Source: Clostridia bacterium
GTDB taxonomy: Bacteria; Bacillota; Clostridia; Christensenellales; CAG-138
Direction: 5' to 3'
Assembly: GCA_017429985.1 (NCBI GenBank)
Contig: JAFRNW010000022.1
Location: 70,291 to 134,290, forward strand
Length of the DNA: 64,000 bases
In this document: positions 27,221 through 36,564 of the stretch, piece by piece
Layout of the letters: each line of letters begins with the position of its first letter
Position numbering within the stretch: the first letter of the stretch is position 1
Translations under genes and position numbers: made by a program
The notes under the pieces: generated by a model
The model's database searches: none
Seen by the model: the letters and a program-made list of their open reading frames with translations, nothing else
Told to the model about the DNA's origin: nothing

Positions 27221-29251
27221 ATGGAACAGAGAAGAAGGAACACCGCGGCCGATTCCGGATCGGGAAAACACCGGGAATCACGCCGGACAACTGAACAGAC
27301 CAGAAACGGCACCGCACGTTCCGCGCGTTCCGCCTCTTCTGCCGCGCGTGATTCCGGACAGGCGCAGCCGCGCCGTTCCGGCACGCCCTCCGCTGCAAGA
27401 GGACGCTCCGATCCCCCGGCAAGGGGGAACGGACCGCGCGTCAGCGGGAATGTGCGCGCGGACGCTGACACACACAGAAGCAGAACCGCGTCAAGGAACA
27501 CTGCTTCCGGCAAAAAGAAGAAAAGCGTCCTGAAACAGATCTGCCGCAAGGCGGTCATGGCGTTCCGCAAAGTCAGGCAGGCCGTTCTGCAGACATGGTC
27601 AAAACTGCTTGACTGGATGCAGAGCCGGTCCAGATCCGTGCAGTATCTGCTGTGTACGGTTCCGATCTTCATTCTTCTGATGGTTCTGATCGCGGTAATC
27701 GCGATCAAGAATTCCAGACGGTCCGCAGTGGTAGCGATGTCGGAAAGCGAATCGACTGCTCTTGAGAGCTTCAGCGCAGACGGGGAAGAGGACGGCCTGG
27801 TGTTCAATGCTTCCAATGAGATCGGTGAGGAAGAAACGGCGGAGCAGACCGGAGACGAGCCCGAGGCGACCGCTGAAGCGGTCGAGGAACATTCCGCTCT
27901 GGAGGGGCAGCTTGAGGAAGGATATACCGGGGAGATTGTATCGGAGATCCAAGCAAGGCTGATGGAACTCGGATATATGGATCCGGACGAGACGACACAG
28001 TATTTCGGCCCCCTTACCAAATCCTCCCTCAGAACATTTCAGCTGCACAACGGACTTGTAAACGACGGGATCTGCGGGGAGCAGACCTATTCGCTTCTGA
28101 TGTCCGGAGACGCAAAGAAATACGTCATGCAGGAGGGAGATTCCGGGGTGGACGTGGAAGAGGTCCAGCACCGGCTGTATGAACTCGGCTATCTGGATAA
28201 TAAAGCAAACATCACCGGCCGCTTCGGGGAGAAGACCACGGAAGCTGCCAAAATGTTCCAGAAGAAAAACAAGCTGACCGTGGACGGGAAAATCGGCGAA
28301 AAATCCCTTGGCATGATGTACGACGAGGATGTTGTGGGCAACGCGTTCAAAATCGGGGACGAGGCTCCGGTCATCAAGCAGTGCCAGGAAAAGCTTTACA
28401 AGCTCGGATATATTACCAGCAAGGCAAATGTCAAGGGCGTTTTCAACAAGGCGACGAGGTCCGCGATCAAGTCCTTCCAGCGCGCCAACGGTCTGACGGT
28501 GGACGGAACGCTCGGACCCCGGACAAGGGACGCGATCCTTTCCGACGCGGCATCCGGGAAGTCCCTTTCTGTCGGAGACTCCGGAACGGATGTCAAGAAT
28601 GCCCAGAAGCGTCTGATTGAGCTGAATTATCTGAAGTCGGGGAACGACTCCGGCTATTACGGAGACCTGACGGCTGCCGCGGTCAAGGAATTCCAGAGGA
28701 AGAACCATCTGACTGCGGACGGAATCCTGAACACCTATACGCTGAAAAAACTGAGTTCCTCTTCCGCCAGAAAAGCAAGCACCCCGGTCACGACAAAACC
28801 TTCTTCCCAGACTTCGTCCGGAAGTTCGTCCTCTTCCGGCGGAAGCTCCGGCAGCATTGCCGCGAGCATTGCCAACAAGACGGGCGCGGAAAAGGCGATT
28901 GCCATTGCGCAGAGCAAACTGGGCTGCACATATGTGCGCGGCGCCAAGGGGCCGAATACATTCGACTGCTCCGGATTCGTCTACTATTGCCTGAAAAACT
29001 CCGGCGTAAGCTGCAACTACATGACCTCCAGCCAGTGGGCATCCACGACCAGATACCCGAGGATCACGTCTCTTTCGAGCGCGCAGCGCGGAGATATCCT
29101 GGTGTTTTCGGGACACGTCGGGATCTATCTCGGCAGCGGGAAAATGATCGACGCGAGTTCTTCCGACGGAAAGGTGCGGCAGTCATCCTCCGTGCTGAAA
29201 GAAGGAAGCTACTGGCAGAACAACTTCATCTGCGCCTGCCGCGTGTTCTGA
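27221..29251 (+). CDS. Peptidoglycan hydrolase: basic N-terminus + TM + 4 PG_binding_1 repeats + NlpC/P60 endopeptidase
   Basis: 676 aa. Four repeats of the form EIQARLMELGYMD..TFQLHNGLVNDGICG. S-rich linker. C-terminal NlpC/P60 domain with catalytic Cys (FDCSGFVYYC) and His (GHVGIYLGSGKMIDAS). Confidence 0.85.
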   Translation: MEQRRRNTAADSGSGKHRESRRTTEQTRNGTARSARSASSAARDSGQAQPRRSGTPSAARGRSDPPARGNGPRVSGNVRADADTHRSRTASRNTASGKKKKSVLKQICRKAVMAFRKVRQAVLQTWSKLLDWMQSRSRSVQYLLCTVPIFILLMVLIAVIAIKNSRRSAVVAMSESESTALESFSADGEEDGLVFNASNEIGEEETAEQTGDEPEATAEAVEEHSALEGQLEEGYTGEIVSEIQARLMELGYMDPDETTQYFGPLTKSSLRTFQLHNGLVNDGICGEQTYSLLMSGDAKKYVMQEGDSGVDVEEVQHRLYELGYLDNKANITGRFGEKTTEAAKMFQKKNKLTVDGKIGEKSLGMMYDEDVVGNAFKIGDEAPVIKQCQEKLYKLGYITSKANVKGVFNKATRSAIKSFQRANGLTVDGTLGPRTRDAILSDAASGKSLSVGDSGTDVKNAQKRLIELNYLKSGNDSGYYGDLTAAAVKEFQRKNHLTADGILNTYTLKKLSSSSARKASTPVTTKPSSQTSSGSSSSSGGSSGSIAASIANKTGAEKAIAIAQSKLGCTYVRGAKGPNTFDCSGFVYYCLKNSGVSCNYMTSSQWASTTRYPRITSLSSAQRGDILVFSGHVGIYLGSGKMIDASSSDGKVRQSSSVLKEGSYWQNNFICACRVF

Positions 29252-29271
29252 CCGGATCTGTGATTTTTCCT

Positions 29272-29296
29272 GAGAGGCCTCCGGGCCTCTTTTTTC
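29272..29296 (+). terminator. Rho-independent terminator after the NlpC/P60 gene
   Basis: Stem AGAGGCC / GGCCTCT (loop TCCG) followed by TTTTTT. Confidence 0.7.
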
Positions 29297-29352
29297 TGTC
29301 CGGCGCAGAAACCCAGATTTTCGTGTATACTGTTAATCAGGAGATGATCATC

Positions 29353-30132
29353 ATGGATCAGAAGGAAAGAAGGCTTTTCCTTATTCGTGGACTGCTCCGG
29401 GAGCGGGAAGACGGTTCGACAATCGGGATCCCGGATACGGAGGAAGGACAGCGGCGTCTGCTGCGGTCCCTCATGAACGTCCGGCCGCCGGGGGAGATGG
29501 ACGGGGAGTTCCTGGAGGTACAGGACGCGTATCTGCAGGAAAGGATCCGTGAGGACGGGATCACCGATATTTCCGATCTGAACCCGCTGGAGGAAGGTAT
29601 ATATCTCTGGAAGGGCGATATCACCAGGCTCCGCTGCGACGCCATCGTGAACGCGGCAAACAGCGGGATGACCGGGTGCTATGTTCCGTGCCATACGTGC
29701 ATCGACAACTGCATCCATACGTTCGCGGGGATCCAGCTGAGGAGAGACTGCGGGCGCATCATGCGCCGTCAGGGATATGATGAGCCGACCGGCTCGGCAA
29801 AAATCACAAAAGCGTACAATCTCCCGAGCAGATATGTGCTTCATACGGTCGGCCCGATCGTTTCGGGAAGGCTGACGGAAACGGCCAGAAATCAGCTTGC
29901 GGACTGCTACAGGAGCTGCCTTGCGGTGGCAGCGGAAAACGGAGTGCGGAGCGTTGCTTTTTGCTGCATCTCCACCGGCGTGTTCGGGTTTCCCCGTCTG
30001 CCGGCGGCGGAGATCGCCGTGGATACTGTGCGGAAGCACAGAGGTTCGATCGAGGTGATATTCAATGTTTTCAGCGATGAGGACGATCAGATCTACCGGA
30101 GTTTACTCGGAACAGATAAAAAGAATCGCTGA
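29353..30132 (+). CDS. Macrodomain protein (protein-ADP-ribose hydrolase, SirTM-linked type)
   Basis: Start chosen at MDQKERR (AGGAG ~10 nt upstream; the track ORF's upstream part overlaps the previous gene). Macro motifs DAIVNAANSGM, HTVGPIV, ISTGVFGFP, and a Cys/His cluster GCYVPCHTCIDNCIH. Confidence 0.8.
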   Translation: MDQKERRLFLIRGLLREREDGSTIGIPDTEEGQRRLLRSLMNVRPPGEMDGEFLEVQDAYLQERIREDGITDISDLNPLEEGIYLWKGDITRLRCDAIVNAANSGMTGCYVPCHTCIDNCIHTFAGIQLRRDCGRIMRRQGYDEPTGSAKITKAYNLPSRYVLHTVGPIVSGRLTETARNQLADCYRSCLAVAAENGVRSVAFCCISTGVFGFPRLPAAEIAVDTVRKHRGSIEVIFNVFSDEDDQIYRSLLGTDKKNR

Positions 30133-30994
30133 GAATCTGGCGAAAGCCGACGCTGTTCTGATCGGAGCAGGGGCGGGTCTTTCGACCTCGGCGGGATTCA
30201 CATATTCCGGAGAACGGTTTCAGAAGTACTTTCCGGACTTTATTGAGAAATACCATTTTACGGACATCTTTTCGGGCGGTTTTTATCCGTTCCGGACCAA
30301 AGAGGAATACTGGGCGTATTTCAGCAGACACGTCTGGATCAACCGCTACATGGACCCTCCGAAGCCGGTCTATCAAGAATTGCTGGACCTGGTCCGCTGC
30401 CGCGGGTATTTTGTGCTGACAACCAATACCGACCATTGTTTTTATAAGGCCGGATTTGGTGAGGAACGGATATTCTGCACGCAGGGGGATCTCGGACTGT
30501 TTCAGTGTTCGGTGCCCTGCTGCACGAAAACATACGACAACAGGGAAACGATCCGGGAAATGGTGGAAAAGCAGAAAGAGATGCGCGTTCCGTCCGAACT
30601 GCTCCCGGTATGTCCCGAATGCGGGCAGCCGCTCAGGATGCATCTCCGGAACGATTCCAGATTTGTCGAAAACAGGGAATGGCACCAGATGGCGGCAATG
30701 TACGAGACATTTCTCCGCCGGCATGAAAGCGGCAGGATCCTGCTGCTGGAACTGGGCGTCGGATACAATACGCCGGGCATTATCAAGTTTCCTTTCTGGC
30801 GTATGACGCGGGACCATCCCGGATGGGTCTACGCAAGCATCAATACGGAAGACGCTGTCTGTCCGGAACAGATCGGGGAACAGGCGATTCTTATCAACCA
30901 TGATATCGGCAGCGCGATCGGCGATATCCGAAAGGAGCTGCACGTTATCGGGACAGAATTCACGGGTGAAGACACGGAGGAAGGAACAATATGA
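30065..30994 (+). CDS. Class-M sirtuin-like protein (SirTM family, SIR2 fold)
   Basis: 309 aa. Rossmann motif VLIGAGAGLSTSAGF.YSG, TTNTDHCF, QGDLGLFQC, and Zn ribbon CPECG. The start is uncertain: the ORF overlaps the macro gene 3' end by up to 68 nt. Confidence 0.7.
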   Translation: MFSAMRTIRSTGVYSEQIKRIAENLAKADAVLIGAGAGLSTSAGFTYSGERFQKYFPDFIEKYHFTDIFSGGFYPFRTKEEYWAYFSRHVWINRYMDPPKPVYQELLDLVRCRGYFVLTTNTDHCFYKAGFGEERIFCTQGDLGLFQCSVPCCTKTYDNRETIREMVEKQKEMRVPSELLPVCPECGQPLRMHLRNDSRFVENREWHQMAAMYETFLRRHESGRILLLELGVGYNTPGIIKFPFWRMTRDHPGWVYASINTEDAVCPEQIGEQAILINHDIGSAIGDIRKELHVIGTEFTGEDTEEGTI

Positions 30995-31524
30995 TCATAC
31001 TGATTTCAGGGGCTTCGCATACCGGGAAAACGGTGCTTGCCCAGAAACTGCTTGAAAAATACGATATCCCGTACCTTTCGATCGACCATCTGAAAATGGG
31101 ACTGATCCGGAGCGGAAACACGGAACTGACGGCAGAGGACAGTCAGGAAAAACTGACGGCTTATCTCTGGCCGATCGTGCTGGAAATGATCAAGACCGCG
31201 GTGGAGAATCACCAGAATCTGATCGTGGAGGGAGTTTACATCCCGTTCGACTGGAAAAAGGATTTCAGCGAGCAGTATCTTCCGTATATCCGTTACTGCT
31301 GCCTTATCATGACAACGCGCTACATTGAGAACAACTATTCTGATATCATTAAATATGCCGACGGCATTGAGAAACGGCTGGATGATTCCGACCTCGACAG
31401 AGAAGAGCTGATCCGGAATAACGAGGAGAATCTGAAAGCATGCCAGAAATATGACTGCAATTACCTTCTGATCGACGATGAGTATCTCGTTGATTTTGAT
31501 GTTGATATGGGAAGCAGGAAATAA
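30991..31524 (+). CDS. P-loop NTPase (2-phosphoglycerate kinase-like / small-molecule kinase fold)
   Basis: 177 aa. Walker A ISGASHTGKTVLA at the N-terminus. ATGA overlap with the sirtuin gene stop. Confidence 0.55.
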   Translation: MIILISGASHTGKTVLAQKLLEKYDIPYLSIDHLKMGLIRSGNTELTAEDSQEKLTAYLWPIVLEMIKTAVENHQNLIVEGVYIPFDWKKDFSEQYLPYIRYCCLIMTTRYIENNYSDIIKYADGIEKRLDDSDLDREELIRNNEENLKACQKYDCNYLLIDDEYLVDFDVDMGSRK

Positions 31525-31554
31525 ACAGAGCATATTGCGTTTCGGGAGAAAGAC

Positions 31555-33816
31555 ATGCACTTACCGACACTGATCTCAGACCTGGCGATCATGCTGCTGA
31601 CCGCGGCGGTCGTTACGGTTCTCTTCAGAAAAATCAAACAGCCGCTTGTCCTAGGCTATATCGCCGCCGGATTTCTCATCGGTCCGTATATGCCCCTCTT
31701 CTTTACGGTGGCGGACGAGATGGCGATCAAGACCTGGAGCGAAATCGGCATCATCATCCTGATGTTCGGGCTCGGACTTGAGTTTAACCTGCACAAGCTC
31801 CTGAAAGTCGGGGCGACAGGCCTCGTAACGGCATTCACGGAAGTGGGCGGCATGCTGCTGCTGGGGTATTTTGTCGGGAAAGCGCTCGGATGGGAAACCA
31901 TGGAATGCATTTTCCTGGGCGGGATGCTGTCGATGAGCTCGACGACGATCATCATCAAGGCGTTTGACGAGCTGGGTGTTTCGAAGGAACGGTACGCGCA
32001 GATCGTGTTCGGGACGCTGGTCGTGGAGGACATTGCCGGGATCTTCATGATGATCGTTCTGTCCACCGTCTCGGTCAGTAAGAGCATTTCCGGAGGAGCG
32101 CTGGCGCTCCGGCTCGGCTTCATGGTGATGTATCTTGCACTCTGGCTGCTGATCGGGATTTTCCTGATTCCAACGATCATGAAACGGTTTTCCCCGGTCA
32201 TGAACGACGAGATGACACTGATCGGTTCCCTGGGGATCTGCTTCGGCATGGTGCTGCTTGCCGACGCGCTGGGCTTTTCGTCCGCGCTCGGCGCCTTCAT
32301 GGCAGGATCGCTGCTGGCGGGAACCGTCCACGCGGAACGGGTGGAACACCTTACGGGAAGCGTAAAGGATCTGTTCGGTGCCGTCTTTTTCATGTCGGTT
32401 GGCATGATGCTGGATCCGTCGATGGTCGTCAAGTACATCGTCCCGATCCTGATCGTAACGTTCGTAGCGATCGTCGGGAAACTGTTCTTCTCCTCCCTGG
32501 GGGTCCTTCTGGCGGGGCAGTCCCTGTCCAACGCGATACACTGCGGATGTTCTCTTGCGCAGATTGGCGAGTTTGCTTTTATTATCGCTTCGCTGGGAAT
32601 GTCTCTCGGGGTCATGGAGGAGTTCATTTACCCGATCATCATTTCCGTATCCGTCATTACAACGTTAACGACGCCGTTCTTCATCAAGCATTCGGACGGG
32701 ATCCTGAAACTGATCACACGGATGCTTCCCAAAAAACTGAACGCAAAACTGGAACGGTATACGGAGGATACCGATTCCTCCGCCGAAACGGCTGAAAACG
32801 ACTGGGCTGCCTATCTGAAGCAGTATGCAAAAGTGACGCTGCTTTACGGCGTGCTGATGGCGGGAATCGCGGTGATCGGGGTATTTGTCCTGTATCCGCT
32901 GCTGCAGAAGGTGATAACTTCTGAAACCGTCTGCAAGGTCATCTCCATCGTCGCGGTGTATTTCGGCATTGCGCTGTTCGTCAGGCCGATGATCGATACA
33001 CATTCCACCTTGTTTACAACGCTTTGGGTCACAGGGAAGCAGAACCGGCTTCCCCTGATGGCGCTGACGCTGTTCCGCTTCCTTCTGATCGCGATCATTG
33101 CGTTCTTCCCTCTGGTCTGGATTTTCGGAATGCACGGGCTGTATCTGCTTCCGATCATTATCATCACGGTATTTGTTGCGTCCAGAATGGGATGGATCTC
33201 CTCTCTCTATCTGTCGGTCAAAGCAAGATTCCTTGCCAATCTGAACGAACGGCTTCTTGACAGCGCAGCCGACGGGAAGGCAACGGAATGGCTGGATGAA
33301 AAGCTTGTGATCGATTCGGTCTCCTGCCCGAAGGATATTCACAACGAGACGCTGAACAGGCTCGGATGGGGGAGACGGTTCGGGATCAACGTGGTCAAGA
33401 TCATACGGAAGGACGGGCAGGTCAACATGCCTTCCGGAAGTGATACCGTTTCCGTGGGGGACATTCTGTATGTTGTCGGCGAATCCGACCAGATCAAAAT
33501 CTTCCGTATCGTCATGGGGCAGGAGAAAGACACGCCCCCGATGACGCTCCGCGAGTACGTGCGTTCGGAGGACGATGACATTCACGATCTGTACACGTAT
33601 GCCATCGAGGTCGGAAAGGGATCCGGTTTCTCCAACCGCACGATCCGCGACACAGGCATCCGCGAGAAGTACGACTGCATTATTCTCGGCATACAGAGAA
33701 ACGGGCTGCCGCTTGTCCAGCCCGATGTGGACATGATCATCGGAACAGGGGATTATGTCTGGGTCCTCGGTACGCATCAGTCCGCACAAAAACTGCTGAT
33801 GTCGGAAGATGTATGA
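31555..33816 (+). CDS. Cation:proton antiporter (CPA2 family) with C-terminal RCK_C/TrkA-C domains
   Basis: 753 aa. N-terminal LFRKIKQPLVLGYIAAGFLIGP motif, ~12 TM segments, and two C-terminal TrkA-C-like segments (GWGRRFGINVVKIIRKDG..; IREKYDCIILGIQRNG..). Confidence 0.85.
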   Translation: MHLPTLISDLAIMLLTAAVVTVLFRKIKQPLVLGYIAAGFLIGPYMPLFFTVADEMAIKTWSEIGIIILMFGLGLEFNLHKLLKVGATGLVTAFTEVGGMLLLGYFVGKALGWETMECIFLGGMLSMSSTTIIIKAFDELGVSKERYAQIVFGTLVVEDIAGIFMMIVLSTVSVSKSISGGALALRLGFMVMYLALWLLIGIFLIPTIMKRFSPVMNDEMTLIGSLGICFGMVLLADALGFSSALGAFMAGSLLAGTVHAERVEHLTGSVKDLFGAVFFMSVGMMLDPSMVVKYIVPILIVTFVAIVGKLFFSSLGVLLAGQSLSNAIHCGCSLAQIGEFAFIIASLGMSLGVMEEFIYPIIISVSVITTLTTPFFIKHSDGILKLITRMLPKKLNAKLERYTEDTDSSAETAENDWAAYLKQYAKVTLLYGVLMAGIAVIGVFVLYPLLQKVITSETVCKVISIVAVYFGIALFVRPMIDTHSTLFTTLWVTGKQNRLPLMALTLFRFLLIAIIAFFPLVWIFGMHGLYLLPIIIITVFVASRMGWISSLYLSVKARFLANLNERLLDSAADGKATEWLDEKLVIDSVSCPKDIHNETLNRLGWGRRFGINVVKIIRKDGQVNMPSGSDTVSVGDILYVVGESDQIKIFRIVMGQEKDTPPMTLREYVRSEDDDIHDLYTYAIEVGKGSGFSNRTIRDTGIREKYDCIILGIQRNGLPLVQPDVDMIIGTGDYVWVLGTHQSAQKLLMSEDV

Positions 33817-33870
33817 TAAAATGAAAAAAACGTACCGGAACGACCGCGTACGGGAAAGGAAGCGAACGCA

Positions 33871-35544
33871 ATGATCATTTGCCCCGGCTGCGGAGCGGAT
33901 ATGAAGTTCGATCCGGAAAAGCAGAAACTTGTCTGTCAGTACTGCGATAAAGAGCTTGATCCGAAGGATTACCGTGCACCGAAGGCGGCGGAAGCGTCAG
34001 AACAGCAAGGGTATTACACCGCGACCATATATACGTGCCCGCAGTGCGGCGCCGAGATTCTGAGCACAGAGGAAACGGTCGCGACTTTCTGCAGCTACTG
34101 CGGAACGTCCGTGATTCTGGAGGGACGCGCGTCCGAACAGGAAAGGCCCAACATGGTGATCCCGTTCAGAATCGGGAAGAAGGACGCGGAAGCGTCGTAC
34201 AGGAGGCTTGTAAAACAGGCTCTGTTTGCTCCGAACGACCTGAAGGCGGACAGCGTTATCGAAAAATTCAGAGGCATCTATATGCCTTACTGGGTCTATT
34301 CGCTGGAAACCGACGAGGAATTCAAGGTCAGGGGCGTTACGGAGGTCAGGAACGGGGATTATATTGAAAAATCCACTTATGAGATCAAGTCCCCGGTGAA
34401 AGCTTCTTTTGAGGGCATTTCATTCGACGCGTCGTCAGGCTTTGCCGATAACCTGAGCGATGCGATCGCTCCCTTCCGTCCGAAAGATCACGCGGTGGAT
34501 TTTGATCCGGCATATCTGAGCGGGTATTATGCGGACGCCGGGGATCTCAGCCCGGATGTTTACAGGGACGACGCAAAAGAGGTCGCGGTGGACAATATCG
34601 CGGCCCAGATCCAGAATCAGTTCAATTACAGCAAGTACAGCGTCAACCGCAGCGATCTGAAAAAAGCGATCCACTATAATGACTCATCCAAATCCGCCCT
34701 CTTCCCGGTGTGGTTCATGTCGGTGAGAAACAAAAAGGGGGACAGGATCAGTTATGCGGTGGTGAACGGCGAAACGGGAAAAGCCGCGGCGGAGATACCG
34801 ATTGATTTTAAAAAGTATCTTCTCGGCGCGCTGCTGATCGCCGTTCCGGTGTTCGTTCTTTTGAATCTGTTTCTCACGGCAACGCCGTTCAAGATGCTCC
34901 TTGCCTCGACGGTTCTCGCGCTTCTGAGTTATGTCATTGCCGACCGTCAGCTGAACAAAGTATACGCGAGGGAAATGTTCCTGGATGACAAGGGGAAAAA
35001 AGCAGCCGGAAAGGTTCCCGTCGACAAAAAATGGCAGGAAGCCGCCGCGCAGGCAAGGATTCCCGAAAAATCCAACAAGACGCTGATCATGGTGCTGAAG
35101 AGGATGACACAGGTGGGGCTCTGGATCGTCATGCTGGCGGTTTTCCTCATGCTTGCAGGCGTGGTGGCGTCGGTGCTGGACATTGACGTTTCAGACTCGC
35201 TAGCGGTCTCGACGATAGGCGCGTATATCCTGACGACCGTTATTGTCACCAGAAAGGTCGGGAACTGGTTCAATAAAAAAGCGGGGATCCAGAAGAAGGA
35301 ACCCGCCGTTAAGGCAAAATCGAGTTACAAATCCAAGTATCTGTTCAAACAGCTGGCGGCGGTCGGCATCGCGGCGCTGATGCTGGTTATGCGCCCCACC
35401 GACGACTACTATTACTACATAGCGGCCGGCGTGGCGTTCCTGCTGATCGTCTGGTCGTTTTACGACATCATCCGCCAGCAGAACTTGCTGACGACCCGAA
35501 AACTTCCTCATCTGAACGCGAGAGGAGGTGATGAGAATGCGTAA
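33871..35544 (+). CDS. Double zinc-ribbon membrane protein (function unknown)
   Basis: 557 aa. Two CxxC..CxxC ribbons (CPGCG..CQYC; CPQCG..CSYCG), a ~230 aa soluble region, then ~6 TM segments. Confidence 0.6.
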   Translation: MIICPGCGADMKFDPEKQKLVCQYCDKELDPKDYRAPKAAEASEQQGYYTATIYTCPQCGAEILSTEETVATFCSYCGTSVILEGRASEQERPNMVIPFRIGKKDAEASYRRLVKQALFAPNDLKADSVIEKFRGIYMPYWVYSLETDEEFKVRGVTEVRNGDYIEKSTYEIKSPVKASFEGISFDASSGFADNLSDAIAPFRPKDHAVDFDPAYLSGYYADAGDLSPDVYRDDAKEVAVDNIAAQIQNQFNYSKYSVNRSDLKKAIHYNDSSKSALFPVWFMSVRNKKGDRISYAVVNGETGKAAAEIPIDFKKYLLGALLIAVPVFVLLNLFLTATPFKMLLASTVLALLSYVIADRQLNKVYAREMFLDDKGKKAAGKVPVDKKWQEAAAQARIPEKSNKTLIMVLKRMTQVGLWIVMLAVFLMLAGVVASVLDIDVSDSLAVSTIGAYILTTVIVTRKVGNWFNKKAGIQKKEPAVKAKSSYKSKYLFKQLAAVGIAALMLVMRPTDDYYYYIAAGVAFLLIVWSFYDIIRQQNLLTTRKLPHLNARGGDENA

Positions 35545-36361
35545 ACACAGAATATTCATTCTCATCCTGCTTGCCATGCTTCTGTTCTCCGTATCGGCGC
35601 TTGCGGATACGGAAGCCTATACGAATGGAGAAACAGGCTATACGGCTCTGATCGAAGACGACGCGGATCTTCTTTCCGACGAGGAAGAACGGGAGGTCCT
35701 CGAGACCATGATCGGAATGACCGAATACGGAGACTGCGGACTGAAGACCATTTCGGAAAACCCGAAGAGTTCTGCGAAAGCGTACGCCGAGGATTTCTTC
35801 TACCAGAATTTCCAGAATCATACGGGCGTGGCGTTTCTGATCGACATGGAAAACAGGGAGCTGTACCTGGCGGTCAGCGACGGAGCCGTTCACAACGCAA
35901 TCACCGACGCGAAGGCTTTGACCGTGGTCGACAACGTGTACACGATGGCTTCCAGAGGGGATTATGCCGGGACGGCGGAGAAGGTATTCAGCCAGTGCAC
36001 ATCGCTGATGCGCGGCGAACGGATCGCGCAGCCCATGAAATTTATCTGCAACGCGCTTCTTGCCCTGATCATCGGACTGGTCATCTGCTTTGAGGTCGCA
36101 AACAAAGCCGCGACGCCCGGAGAGACAACGGATACGGAACTGATTACCGCTGCTGCGGTAACCTTTGCGGCGGGCGCTGCTGCCGCCAACCTTGTCAACA
36201 AGCGCAGGACATACAGCCCGATCAGTTCCGGAAGCAGCGGAAGCGGCGGTTCTCATCACAGTTCCGGAGGCGGCGGATTCCACAGTTCCGGAGGCGGCGG
36301 CGGATTCCACAGTTCCGGAGGCGGCGGCTTCCACGGAGGCGGCGGCGGACATAAATTCTAA
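35537..36361 (+). CDS. TPM-domain protein (YgcG-like) with C-terminal TM and Gly-rich tail
   Basis: Signal peptide MRKHRIFILILLAMLLFSVSALA, with GGAGG 8 nt upstream of this ATG. TPM-type core (LIEDDADLLSDEEEREVL..), a TM segment, and a (SSGGGGFH)x3 tail. Overlaps the upstream gene. Confidence 0.7.
   Translation: MRKHRIFILILLAMLLFSVSALADTEAYTNGETGYTALIEDDADLLSDEEEREVLETMIGMTEYGDCGLKTISENPKSSAKAYAEDFFYQNFQNHTGVAFLIDMENRELYLAVSDGAVHNAITDAKALTVVDNVYTMASRGDYAGTAEKVFSQCTSLMRGERIAQPMKFICNALLALIIGLVICFEVANKAATPGETTDTELITAAAVTFAAGAAAANLVNKRRTYSPISSGSSGSGGSHHSSGGGGFHSSGGGGGFHSSGGGGFHGGGGGHKF
36257..36331 (+). repeat. Three tandem 24/27/24-nt repeats encoding HSSGGGG(G)F
   Basis: CACAGTTCCGGAGGCGGCGG(CGG)ATTC repeated three times head-to-tail inside the TPM gene 3' end. 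Confidence 0.85.
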
Positions 36362-36377
36362 ACGGTAAAGAACGAAA

Positions 36378-36406
36378 AGCTCCTGCGAAACGGCGGGAGC
36401 TTTTTT
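36378..36406 (+). terminator. Rho-independent terminator after the TPM gene
   Basis: Stem AGCTCC / GGAGCT flanked by A and T runs, followed by TTTTTT. Confidence 0.65.
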
Positions 36407-36515
36407 GCGTGCTCCGATCAAACATACGGACACAGAGGCCTTTGTTTCGGAACGGGAAGAAATACTAATATAAAATAAAAAATATGAAAAAAATATTAAA
36501 TAATAGGAATATTTG

Positions 36516-36544
36516 TTGAACAGACTGCAGAAGTGCGGTATCTT
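36516..36544 (+). promoter_or_regulatory. Candidate sigma-70-type promoter of the S24 repressor gene
   Basis: TTGAAC - 17 nt - TATCTT, about 20 nt upstream of the GGAG RBS. Sits at the edge of a ~90-nt strongly AT-rich block (36440-36515). Confidence 0.45.
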
Positions 36545-36564
36545 GTACATAAAGGAGAACGGCA

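Noticed and set aside
28987-29352. N-terminal 122-aa extension of the macrodomain ORF given by the track.
   Set aside because: The extension overlaps the well-supported NlpC/P60 3' end and its terminator in another frame. The recognisable macrodomain sequence lies downstream of MDQKERR, which has its own RBS.
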